Source of the DNA: Tricharina praecox
Lineage: Eukaryota
Length of the DNA stretch: 64,000 bases
Assembly (NCBI RefSeq): GCF_024521635.1
Contig: NW_026250429.1
Location: 1-64,000 of the forward strand
Direction of reading: 5' to 3'
The notes beneath the pieces were generated by a model. It was not told where the DNA came from. It did no database searches and saw only the letters and a list, made by a program, of their open reading frames with translations. Positions 37,200-49,254 of the stretch are shown here, piece after piece (the first letter of the stretch is position 1; every line of letters begins with the position of its first letter). Position numbers and translations under genes: made by a program.

Positions 37200-38545
37200 T
37201 TGCGTCTTCGTAAGCCTCCATGTTGTGAGGAGAGGTATTCATCGTGCTTTCACCGCGTGGTGAGTTGGTGGGTGCGGCCGGCTCTACGCCTTACGCACGG
37301 AGTTACAATAAGTCGGGAAAGACTGGGCAGGAATGTGCTATCTGGAGCACTGGCCCACTGGGTTGCTAACAGCATATTATAAAGATTGTGTCACGGCGAG
37401 CGCGAAAGGTTACAAAACCATTGAGGATGCAGTTACCTGCGATACAATTGAAAGAAACAAAGGCACAGGTCCGACCGTAACCTGATCACCCTCCTCCCCT
37501 TCCCGCCTATCCTCCTCCTCCTCTTCCTCTCGAGGATCCATCTCTCCCATCTCTTCCTCGCCACCTCTTGAACCGTGGACACGCTTACTGTGGGAATGAA
37601 CAGGACTGAATGGCTTCATTGGAAGAACCGGGATATCGTCCACGTCCAGGTGATCAAACTTCTCCTCGCGGGCAATGAGACGGCAACTATCGTAAAGCTG
37701 GTCGTCGTCGTGCTTGGTGCGGTTACTGCCGGGCTTCACACAATGTTGCAGGACGTAATCGCATATGTTGCAGTAGAACGTCGAGTACAACTCGGCAGCC
37801 GGCGAGTTGAAGATATCGTTTAGATCAACTTCAGTGCCGATGCACTTGAAGATTTTTTTCATTGTCGCCAAATCGAGCCGCGCGTAGAAGTATTGACAGA
37901 CTGCGGTGGGATATAGAGTCTCCAGAACCATTCTGTCCTTCTTCCAGACCTCGGTCACCTTTGTATCCGTCAGCAGCAGTAGTACCGGCGACCCAGAAGA
38001 GCGAACTCACATGCTTGACCGACACCTTCAGGACATCGCATCGCCATTGCCTTCCCCATAGCTGCTCGACACGCCTGATCGCGACATCATAGTGGCCCTT
38101 GGCACTGTGGTGCCTGTGGAGCTGGGCGTACACCTGACCGGCAGGTGCAGACGAGTAAACGCTTGCACTCCCCAGGCGCCTTGAGGGTGTCAATGGAGTG
38201 AAAAAATCAGGGATAAGGCACTGGAAGTACCAACCAGGTCCACAAGGTCAGAGCTTACCATCGGATGGATGGCGGAAGAGAAGCCGTGTGAACGGTCAAG
38301 TTGTGGTGGGTTATATCGTTTTTAGTTGCGTCGAGCGGTGGGAGGTTATCGTCTATTGACGTGGGGTAATTGAGAGAGAAAGGGTAAAAGCAGAAGTAGA
38401 TGATGGAGTAGGCAGAAAATAGAGGGAGAGAGAGGAAGGTGACGATGCTTTAGAAAGGACAGAGAGGGAGAGAGAGGAAGGGGGATCGGCGAAAACCTGC
38501 GGGGAACACCCTAAACAGTGCGTGAATTGAATTGCCGTAGCGTCG
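37200..38545 (-). repeat. Cassette unit U6 (inverted)
   Basis: The minus strand has GCTACGGCAATTCAATTC (ending at 38541), a pyrimidine-rich leader, an acidic tail and ACTGCATCCTCAAT (37420-37433), followed by spacer sequence. Confidence 0.8.
37410..38270 (-). CDS. Hypothetical spliced protein, cargo of U6
   Basis: Open frames 37831-38193 and 37410-37958 can be joined by a GTGAGT...GCTGAC...AAG intron (about 37959-38010); a further GTAAGC donor lies at about 38258. No family recognised. Confidence 0.4.
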
Positions 38546-38779
38546 TGACTGCTTGCGTCGCTGCAGTCGAGGCTCATCGCTGCAGTCGAGGCTCGTCGCT
38601 GCTTTCGAGGCTTGCTTCTGGTGTCAAGGCCTGTTGCTGCCATCGAAGCTAGTCTCTGCCGTCGAGGCTCGTCTCTGCCGTCGCCGTAGGGTTGTGACTG
38701 CGTGTGTCGCTGACTCGCTGCCGTCGAGGTTTGCGTATTAAGTCGCGCATCGCTCGAAAATCCGTGAAACGCTGTCCGA

Positions 38780-38910
38780 GATCCACAGCTCCGCAGGCAG
38801 CGGGCTCCCACCCCCAGCCGGCCTGAGTGGGCAGGAAACGAGTGCGACGGTTCGGCATAGTCTAGATACGCTGCATGCGAAATAAAACAGCATGATATCT
38901 CTCTCTCTAT
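38780..38910 (+). mobile_element. Short LINE type A 3' end
   Basis: GCGACGGTTCGGCATAGTCTAGATACGCTGCATGCGAAATAAAACAGCATGATATCTCTCTCTCT. Confidence 0.75.
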
Positions 38911-39369
38911 CCTTCGGTCTTCCAGTGTCAGGTAACCTTTCCGACTCGCGACGCGGGTGCTTTTGTTTTTCTGGTGTCGTTCTTCTGCAGGTGAACCCCT
39001 GGCGCGTGCGAGTTCAAGTAATTCCCAGAAAGCGGTGTGGCCGTTATCAACGAATCGCCAGCTCTAGGATGTTGCAGATGCATACTTTGCGACCTGCACA
39101 CCCTCCCTGCCTGACCGTCTTCCTCTCTTCCCGATCCTCTCGATCATCGCGCACGTCCACTTCCGCTTCCTCTTTCGATTATTGCGCCTCTTTCGCGGAG
39201 TGACGGAGGAGCTGTCGAAGGTAGGAAACAAATGTGGTTAGCAGTGGGCATCAACGTTGGTGTGCATTGCGGGTTTCTTTTTCTTCTTTTTCTTCTTCTT
39301 CTCCTTCTTTTCTCACACATATAGATAAAATAGTGTTCACTCAAAACACTTTCCACGCATAGTCGGTTC

Positions 39370-40050
39370 GAATCGTGGGCACGAATGGCGAGTGATACCG
39401 AATGCGACACTGCACAACGATACCGACGGGGCGGGGTAGTTTTAAGTTTCAACTACCAAAATACCCTCCAGCCTGCCTTGAGTGTAGGAGGATCCTATCA
39501 TCTATCTAAGTCCAAAACGCTGATGCTGATTTTGCGTCAAGTCTGGGAGTCACGTCTGCCAGGATAGTCTGCAGAGGTACGGTACCGCATAGGGAACCCA
39601 GAATCGTAGTGCCATCGCATTGAATTCATTACATTAGATAATTAGGTAGTAGATAGTGGCCTGGGATGAATGCATCGTTCGACTCCTGCGTCTCTTGTTT
39701 GGGCAGGATAGCCTACCACCACTGCTAGCCCGCAGAAACCCCCGCCCACCCCCCCCCTCCCACAGACATCCATTATCTTGATACTCTAATACTCCAACCG
39801 GCAACTGAAGAAAGATGCGCCAACACAGCCGTGGCAACAGGTGCCGCAATAAAGCAAAGTTATGATGAATAAAATGGAGCGACATAATGTAAGAATGGAA
39901 TCTATGTCAAGAAAACACCATATGTCTCTGAATCTTCTGTTTCTTCTATATAAACCCCCCATGTTGCCTATTCTTTCCAGTATTCCTCATTACTTCAGAT
40001 AGCTGATACAACATTGCGACTCCTCTCCTGTAACTATCTCTCCCACTCCG

Positions 40051-40081
<31 letters not shown>

Positions 40082-41600
40082 ATCTCTACCGCGTCTTCGT
40101 CCGTACAATCTCCCCGGTTCCGCACCACCCAACAACCCGATGTTATTATTCTTCAGAGCGCTCTTCACGGCGCCCTCAACAGGGCCTCCCACCTCCAACC
40201 CAACACTGCGGACACAGCCGCAACTCCCCATCGCAATGGCTCATTGCTCCGGGTGAGTGCTCCGGTGAAGGTTTTCCACCTTCGTCACCCACCTCTGTGT
40301 CGGCTTGAGCGCGATCAATTTCTCGAGCTCAAGCTTGTCGTTACGGATGATAGCGACCCGCGCTAGAAACCACAGTCAGCACCGCTATAAACAACCAAAG
40401 TAATCCGAAAAGCAACTTACACCCATCCATAAACCTCCAACCTACCGCACCTATCCAACCCGAATTGATCAGAAATCGGAGCATCACTTCCAGCGCGGCC
40501 AGCAGCTGGTTGAGAACCGAGCCGATGTCCCACCAGAGCTTGTCTGCGCGCGTGACCATCGCTGCGTTGCCGAATATGTAAAAGCCGCGCTGGGCGCGGG
40601 ACAATTCGCGAGCCGGATTCTTCGAGCCAGCGCAACGTATCCTGCGGCGTTTGGCCGCGGCACCGCTGGGGTGCCTGACCACCGGCCCCAACACGGGGCC
40701 AAGAACTTCGGCAATCATCTTATGCTCGCAGAAATGGCACTGATCGGAGCACAGAGTCAAGTGAAACCTGGACTGGATCACCTACAGGATTTCGCTGTCG
40801 TATTATGGCTCTTGTACGACAACCCCCTAGCAGGAAACTCCACCAGTCAGCGCCACTTGATACAACCAGTGAAATCCGGAAACCGACTTACACAGTGAGA
40901 AGGTGGTAGAACCGATCGGGTCGAGTGGCTAGCAGGCGCCTATTCCTCGATCGCGAAGTATCCAGCGGCGACGGCCTCGGCACAGTTTTTCGCAGCGAAG
41001 CTAGGATGAATGTTTAGCAGACGAAGGAGGAGGAGATGAAGAATGAGAAGGAGCGGGCGACAAACCAAAGGATGGGAGTATTCATGGAGTCGGATTGTTG
41101 TTGACCGAATCGGTTGGAATATATCTCTGCCAAAGATGGCTAAATTGTGGTGAGGATGTTTTTGATGTGTAATGAAAGGAAGAAGTAGTGGGTGGGAGGC
41201 GGTGTGTGGGTGGTGGGGTGGTGGGTGAGGAAACGGCACGGCGTTTGTGGGCTGCCGCCGAGTCCCACGTCACAAATTCAATTCCATAAGTGAACTAGGG
41301 CTACCACAACGAGCATAGCAGTATGCGCAAGCGTAGCCTAACTTGACAATCGGCGTGCCTAGTACTTGCGAATCTGCTGCACCGTCGTGCACGTACCCCA
41401 CCGGTGAAAGTGCTTGACAGGTTCTTTCCGCAGCAAATCTTGCCGCTCTGCCCACATCCTCCAAAATTTAGTTGTAACGGGAATACCACCCCCGATTTAT
41501 TCCCAGTTCCAACGATTGGAGGGTCTGACTGTCCCCCACCGTCATCTAATACACCGTATGAGCTGCTTCCATCTTGTGCTCTCTCATCTAACCTGACGTG
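39370..41600 (-). repeat. Duplicated gene-like unit Y1
   Basis: Blocks 39375-39440, 39630-39740, 40360-40635, 41000-41400 and 41450-41600 have collinear counterparts in 42345-45250; the sequence between blocks differs. Confidence 0.8.
40506..40604 (-). pseudogene. Fragment of an SF1 (UPF1/ZNFX1/Hrr1-like) helicase, motif VI region
   Basis: LSRAQRGFYIFGNAAMVTRADKLWWDIGSVLNQ fits the (VA)LSRAxxGxYIxGN...W pattern; no other helicase motifs nearby. Confidence 0.75.
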
Positions 41601-41994
41601 ATGGCAGACAACACTACTGTAGTAGAATAGACAATTGTTACTTAGTTACACTTTGCTGCTCCATTTAAAGCGCATTGCCGATGACGACTGCTCACCGTAC
41701 TTCACGTATGGTGGAGGGTGGAATTCGAGCGATGTGAGTTTCATATCATACATAGCGATGCTACCGGTATTCCGTTACCAAGGGCGTACTTACGTTCGAG
41801 TAATGACGGTGACTATCGACTGTGCACTGGACGCATTTGAGCGAATAACGTTCACTGTAGAGGCTTTACACGGGTACTACCGTGTGCTCGAATGGTATTC
41901 AGCCTACCATCCTCCAAACGCGCACGGATAGTAACTAGTCGTGCACACGAATAGTGTTTGCGAATTGTCACGAATAATGAGCTCAAATAGCGGG

Positions 41995-42341
41995 TATCAT
42001 AATCTCACGAACTTCCGTATACCGCGTCATGTGACATCACTCTCTATCCCGAGATACTTCCCGTTGCAATATCTGTCAAGTTTAGTCATGGTAGAAGGCA
42101 CGGGCCTTGACCCCCATTCTCATATTTTCTGTTCTCTCGAGGCTACAGCCTTACACTTCAATACAATACTGTTCACCGACACATATCTTACTCTATTATT
42201 TCAACACTTCCGTTATCCGTTCTCACGGAGGTGACGAGCGGCCTCCCTCCGAGGCGCCCCTCAGCCTCCCTCTACATATGTCTTCCTTTCTACTGCGTCT
42301 GATACACTGTACACTACATCAGAATAGTTCTTTTCTTGACA
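41995..42341. mobile_element. Solo LTR family A with nested insert
   Basis: TATCA (decayed TGTCA)...TGACA ends, perfect TSD GCGGG. Confidence 0.9.
42062..42206. mobile_element. Small solo LTR, family C (145 bp), nested in LTR-A
   Basis: CGTTG (decayed TGTTG)...CAACA ends, perfect TSD CTTCC. Confidence 0.8.
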
Positions 42342-43161
42342 GCGGGATTGGGCACGACTAGCGAGTGATACTGGATGCATCTGTGTGACAGTGCGCAACG
42401 ATACAGATAGGCGGGGTACGATCAACGTTTTGGCAAACATACTGAGATAGATAGAAGGATTTTTAGGAAGACAGAACTGTTCAGTAGTTACTTGCTTTTT
42501 CTTCTACGTCGGCCGGTGGCCTGCTGTATATACAGAATACGTTTGCCGTCGGGAGATATACTCTACCCGCCCGCGAGACAAGACAACAAAAAACTTGTCC
42601 GGATACTGTTCGCATAAGCGACACAAAGAGGCAGGACACATCTGCATCGTTGGATACAGTTCGCATGACCGGGTTCTTGAGTCCTTCAGAACACTGCTCG
42701 TTGAAACTTCATCATCACCTTACTGCGGACATGGGGAGAGATTCTTCATGTACTCCGGACGCCGTATTCTGACGCTTGTAAACTACAAACGTACATACTG
42801 TACAAGTACCTACCTCGAGCGGTATGATCCTAAGTACGTCCCGAACTCTGATGCTAATACTGGTGCTGATGCTGGGTCACGCCTGCGAGTCATGTCTACG
42901 AGCATAAATCTTTGTGTAGTATGGAGAGTATCGCACGGGGAACACAGAATCATAGGGCAATTGTATTATTGAATTAAGGAATAACTAACGAGATAGTAGA
43001 TTATATGCTGAAAGAAACATTTCATCCGACTCATCGCTCGCCTACTTGCGCAGAATAGTAGCCGACCGCCTCTTCCGCCCCGCAGAAACTCGGTCAATGT
43101 TTCACTACAGCTCGCACCAGATCCCGATGCTTTTGATTTCAAAGCGGATAGTATCAAGAAG

Positions 43162-43814
43162 ACAAATATCTAGACTTTCTACCTGAGTACATCATCATCG
43201 AATATGTATCGACATCCCTACCCAAGCACATCGCCATCCGATATCGAATCAACCACTCCGAACAAAACATGAACCGACAGCAGCCACTATGGACCAACAA
43301 GAAACGACTGCGCCCCAACCCCACATCATACTTGAGCACTTCCAGGCAGTCGAATCTGAACTTACGCCCCACACACTGGACGAGCTCAATCAGTGGTTCC
43401 ACAACAATCCTATCTTCCACAACAATACTCCTCTTTACGGCAACAACGAGAGATAGCTGTGATGATTATCGCAGCCCTCCCCGGAACAACGGTCTGTTTG
43501 TGCAAGAGGTGGACCGGAAGTTCAGCTATTCCTGGATTCCGGGGAGGGCTGTGATAATCATCACAGCTACCCCCCGCCATTGTCGTAGATAGGATTATTG
43601 TTGTGGAAGATAGGATCGTTGTGAAACTACTGATTGAGCTCATCCAGTGGCTGGTTCAAATCCCGCTGGCTGGGAGCGCTCGAGTATGGGGTGGGGTTGG
43701 GGCGCAGTCGTTTCTTGTTGGTCCATACTGGCTGCTGTAGGTTAATGGTTTGTTTGAAGTAAATGATGCGATATCGGATGGCGATGTACTCGGGTAGAAA
43801 GTTTAGAGATTTGT
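43162..43814. repeat. Long hairpin: inverted arms 43162-43486 and 43537-43814, 50-nt loop
   Basis: For example TATGGACCAACAAGAAACGACTGCGCCCCAACCCCAC pairs with GTGGGGTTGGGGCGCAGTCGTTTCTTGTTGGTCCATA, and AGCTGTGATGATTATCGCAGCCCTCCCCGGAA with TTCCGGGGAGGGCTGTGATAATCATCACAGCT. Confidence 0.95.
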
Positions 43815-44171
43815 GGATTCCGGCCCGGCGCCCAACCCGGCGCCCAACCCGGCGCCCAACCCGGCGCCCTACCCCTTGCCGTCCACGGCGCCCTCCACGG
43901 CGCCCCCAACACCCTGATGTAGGGGGGAAGCTATTGCTTCCCCGAGAGGAGTACTTCGACCTCTCCCTGGTTTTCCCCTACCGGCTTACGCGCCCAAGTC
44001 GTGGCGACGTTTGACGCTCGACACCTAGCAGGAAACCACAGTCAGCGCCGCTATAAACAACCAAAGTAATGCGAACTGTAACTTACACCCATCCATAAAC
44101 CTCCAACCTGCCGCACCCATCCAACCTGAATTGACCAGGAATCGGAGAATCACTTCCAGCGTGGCCAGCTG

Positions 44172-44270
44172 CTGGTTGAGAGCCGAGCCGATGTCCCACT
44201 AGAGGATGTCGGCGTGCGTCACCATCGCTGCGTTGCCGAAGATGTAGAAGCCGCGCTGGGCGCGGGACAA
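44172..44270 (-). pseudogene. Second copy of the SF1 helicase fragment
   Basis: LSRAQRGFYIFGNAAMVTHADIL*WDIGSALNQ, with a TGG>TAG stop. Confidence 0.75.
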
Positions 44271-45599
44271 TTTGCGAGCCGGATTCTTCGAGCCAGCGCA
44301 CCGCGGCACCGTATCCTGCGGCAATTGGCCGTGGCACCACTGGGGCGCCTGTTCGGTTGACAGGGAGAAACAAAGGTTTCTGAGGATGACCACCGGCACC
44401 ACATGTATATTTCGCATGCGGCCTTACAAGACCGTCGGGGGTCTGAGGAGATGTGGGAGGCTGATTGGATTTCTCCATGGTAGCATTGGCGACCACAGAG
44501 CGTATGATATAAGCCTGCGTCTGTTAGCCTAAGAGGGCATGGGCGGGTTTTGCGGAACCTACGCATGGGCGCATGCTACATTGCGCGACATACCGCCATC
44601 GTCCGCCATACCCGACGTTATCTCTCCAGCAGACTTGCTCGCGTCGATTCTGGGATATATGTTCAGCCAAAGAAGGATAAGTAAAAGGAGAAGAAGGAGG
44701 AAGAGGAAGAGAGGGAGGAGGAGGAACAGGCGACAAACCAAAGCATCTGAGTAGTCATGTTGTCGGATTGTTGTTGAAGCGAATCCGTTCGAATAGATCT
44801 ATGCCAAAGATGGCTAAGTTGTGGTGAGGATGTTGTTGATGTAGTGTAATGAAAGGAAGAAGAAGTAGTGGGTGGGGTGGTGGGGTGGTGGGTGAGGAAA
44901 CGGCACGGCGTTTGTGGGCTGCCGCCGAGTCCCACGTCACAAATTCAATTCCACAATAAAACTAGGGTTACCACCGTACGCATAGAAGTACGTGCCAGCG
45001 TGCGGCTTGCCTAGCGCTCGAGAAATAGCGTCATTTCCCCTATCACACCGGTGTAGGTACTCGACAGGCTCGCCGCTGCGGGTCCATGCAGTTTACACAC
45101 ATCCTCCAGCATTTGACAAGGATGAGAGCACCACCGATGTGTTCCCAGTTCGAACCGTTGGACTGTCTTCCTGTGCCGCCACCATCATCCGATCTTCCAT
45201 CTGACATCATCTCATCCTATCTCATCTTATCCTACCTCACGAGACGGCAGACTGTTGAACCGATTTTCGCTTCCTAGCTCTGATGAAGTTGTTTCGTAGC
45301 AGCCCAACACTTTTCATGTTTCCATAAAGTTCACATGCGGTTCATTTGATGAGATGTTGAAAGTGGCTCTTTTGGGACCAACCCACATATTCACCGCGTA
45401 CCTACTCCCTTGTTGTCTTTCAACCTACCTCTCCTTCTCCACCCCCAACCACTGCCTTCCTCTTACACTTACATAACTGTCCTGAGGGAGTGGGGCCTAT
45501 AGCATGCGATACCTGGTGCCTTACTCGCGATGGCTGACAATTTGCAAAGCAGGAATAGTACGTTACAACGGTCAGGTATACGGCCATGTTAGGCTAATC

Positions 45600-47123
45600 C
45601 ATTCTAGCTCAGATCTTTCCCGCGGACATCGAAGCGCCTTCCATTGCCTCCAGGACCACTACTCGCCACTGCCGAAACTTTCGAGGTATGTTTACTGCAC
45701 CTGAAGATGTATTGCATTGGGACCAGCTGATCATGAGCAACATCGACAGCTGCGGGTGTGCGTTAAAAGAGCTCTACGTTTCCGAGGAGCATTACATTGA
45801 AATCTGAAGTCTATTGCCGGAATACTAGCGGGTCATCGCCTGGACTTCACTGGCGTGGTTTTCCGGACGCTGTCATCAGTTCACCCGAAGTCTGCTCTTC
45901 AAGAAGGCTACCACGTTGCTGGTGTTCTTCCATGCTACGCTTGTTACAGTCTATGATATAGACGCGGATTGTTATGGAGTCAATCGCCGAGACGTTTGGG
46001 AGCCTTTAGTTTCCGAGTACCCTGAGGTCCAATCAGATTATTCGAATTGCGTCTAGGAAGGGCAACGCTGTGGACGACAATGCAGATCAGACCTCTGCTA
46101 TTGCTGCCGATGCCGGACACCCGGTAACCGAAGAGTTAGATTTATTAACAGAGCAACGAATCGTCCACGCCGGGCAACGCATTTATCTTCGTGGGCCGAG
46201 GTATCGGGAACAACCTCGGTGCTCGAAAAGACTGGGGTAACACTGTCTACCATAGTTTCATGGGTGGTGCTGGTGTGCTCGTGGATTTGCACGCAGAATG
46301 ATTCGTGCCCACGACGACTCACATTTCTACTTTATTAGAGCGAAGTGCCAGAAAAGGTGAGCGGAAATGTGTCTTCGCAATTGTTTGACCGCCGCTTTTG
46401 GTGGTACGTATAAGACCGGTGAGCTCTGGAAAATTGGACGTCTGGATCGGCGACAACAGCGGAAAGGTTTGCAAGAATTATCTACTGGAGATAAAAGCTG
46501 TGTGAGTAATGTTTTATGATAGCTGGGGACAATCATCCAGGTTTTTGATACGTTTCGAGGAATTACCCGCGTGGGTACCAACATGCCTTGGTTTCGATCA
46601 AAGTCCACGAAAGGACGTCGATGCTCTCACCGAAGCTGGATTGGCATCATCATCCGCTCTCCCTACATTTCAACAGACTCGTTCGACACATATCCTCAAG
46701 CCCGCATCCCTCCCTGAGGCGGGGGTAATTATCTCCGTTGAGCAGTTGGGGGCTATCATTAGCCAAGCGGTGGTGCCCACTACATGGAACACACCGGGTT
46801 CGTCCGACCAGTTCTCAAGAAGCTACCATTGGAGGAAGTACGCATTTTTTCGCAGTTTGCGAGGGTGGAGCGGCTCACCCTTGTCAACAACCGACGAGGA
46901 AGGGCACGACAATAATATTGGATTGCAGAACTGGCAGTGGACGGGAGGAAACGGTAAGTACTGGGGAAAGACACATTCGGAAGAGATGGTCGCAATGACT
47001 GAGGAGGATGTCCAGACAATCGCGCACGAAGACGACTTACCGTTCTACGGCTCGCTCTTCCCTCCGTCCGAACTGAAACGTCGAGGATTCTGTGCGATTA
47101 ACACAAATCGGTTATCAGCGTGA
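45600..47123 (+). pseudogene. Probable decayed gene; only the 3' ORF 46509-47123 is open; product unknown
   Basis: 204-codon open frame with protein-like composition, preceded by stop-interrupted coding-like sequence. Confidence 0.3.
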
Positions 47124-49254
47124 GTTGCACAGGCTCCTGCTAGTGGTGATATGTGACGTTCGGGGGAGCGGGCGGAAGTCTTCAATCGTGACGCGAGAAG
47201 AGAGAGAGAAGAGGGGGAGATAACGACCGGGGTTTGGTTATTGTATTGACCGACTAAGAGAAGGAACACCCCTGGAGAGGTGCAAATCGTGATATACAAA
47301 ATAGAGTTGCACACATGTCAGTGTCGCGGTGAAGTTCGTCCCGCCGCGCCAGCGCCCCGTCTCATCCGACTATCACCCACATCACCCGATCAACAAAAGA
47401 AAGAAGAAGCTCAGGAATGGTGGTATATATTCCACAAGATATCAAGGTCTAGGTGCTGTGGATGGCTGGTGGCTGGGGAATGATTCGGGCTCGCGTGTGG
47501 ATGACGATGGGTGTGATAAAGCTTTCCGATAATGTATTTTTTTCCCCTTTACATGTTACGATTCCAAGACCATCGGAAGAAATAATGAATACTCGACTAC
47601 GTCTTGCCAGTACTATACACTCATTGGAGCGAGTCAATAACGTCTATTTTCAAACCCACATCCCCGATAGGCGTCTGGATCATATAAACGCACTCGCCCA
47701 ATGATCATTCATGAACACAAGATCACACCCATCGGCGATTAAATCATAAGAACAACGCACCTGTTTGTGGAAGTTAACTGAGTATACTAGAGTAGCTGCA
47801 AGTCAGTGTCTGGACAATTATGGGAGGACCAAATCTCGGCGTTTCAAGGTAAGATCAGTTCAGATAATCAAAACTTTCTGGACATGTTGACTCCCGAGCG
47901 AGGTGTCCCGAGAACGGGGAGGGTGACGGGAATAAATGTCTACATGACTATGTCTCGTATACAGGTTCGATTATGTCTCGTTTATTCGTTCGAATTGGAA
48001 GGGGCACAGTGGTACACGCAATAACACCGATGAATTGCCTACCTAGATCGCTGTGGCATCGCAACATTCAAATCCATCTAGCATCTCACATCACGTTATT
48101 CACTCGTTGCAGTCTTGCAGAATCTCCTTCAGTTCGTTCAGGTGAATAGAAATGGTGTACTCGTATACTGCCATTCGTTGTGTCTTCGACGCGAACTCCG
48201 ATGGGTTGCTAACGAAAGCCTCCGTTGGAATCCATGTCATGGGGAGCCTAAGAGATTATCAGCCGAGGGGTGAAGTATTCCATTCTCATCCATTCCGTGT
48301 CACGGAGAAAGGATCTCCTTACGACCTCATCAGGTGCTGCAGGGAGATTTACTTTAGTACCCACGGTCGTCGGCTATGCCACGGCCATCGGAGCTTCACA
48401 TAAGCCTGGCGCGGTGCAATGCCATTCATATTCCGTGCACGTGTCTAATCGTGTCACGGACTCCCGGCAAACATCCCTTTCCCAATTTCGAATTTTTTCT
48501 CACATCATCCGGTCACCGCCACCAAGTACCCGTGCTCGAGATCAAAAACTGCATGAAGAACGAAGGCTCATGGATTGCATTCCTCCACGCACTTCACCCC
48601 AGCATGTCATCCTGACCAGAAAGGTCCTTTTCCTGGCCTCCTGCAATGAAATGCAGCATAACGCCGACCCATAAATCACCCCGTAGATGTTTTCTCCCAC
48701 GCCCCCACGCCCATGTCGTGTGCTGGGAAATAACAGAAAATATATCGACCTATCCAGGAAATTCTGACCCGACCAACGCAGAAACTCATTCCATTAGCGA
48801 GAGAGAATAAAAACGTGCCCACCCGAGGATTCGGCAACAGCCAGAAAATAAAAGAAAAGAAAACGAAAGTCATCAATGCGGGTGAGAGGGCATAAAGGAT
48901 GTCCGCACGCGGCGCAAGGTCCGGAGACAACAAAACGTAAAATCTTGCCACAAAAACATTCGATATCCAGCGTCAAAAACATTCAACGGCGGCGATGGAA
49001 GCGTAACAGTAGCCTGGAGAAATAAATCGAACTTTTCCACAAAATCGAAAAAATGAAATCTGATAGGCCGAAGAAGGCTTATGCCTGGAAGTCGAGTAAG
49101 TACTTGGAAGGTCGGGTAGAAAAGCATGCCCGCGGTAAAACATGTCTGTCGGAGGTTGAACAGTGACAAGTGAGAGAAGAAAGAGAAATCATCCGTCATG
49201 TATCCGTGGCCGAGTTGGCGGGTGGTTACGTTACCCGTCGCGAATAATCCACCT

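Larger units (their letters stand above)
42345..45250 (-). repeat. Duplicated gene-like unit Y2
   Basis: Collinear with Y1; shares the first exon/intron (ATGxxTACTC..CTTTG|GTTTGTCGCC) and the GTAAGT..GCTGAC..TAG intron. Confidence 0.8.
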
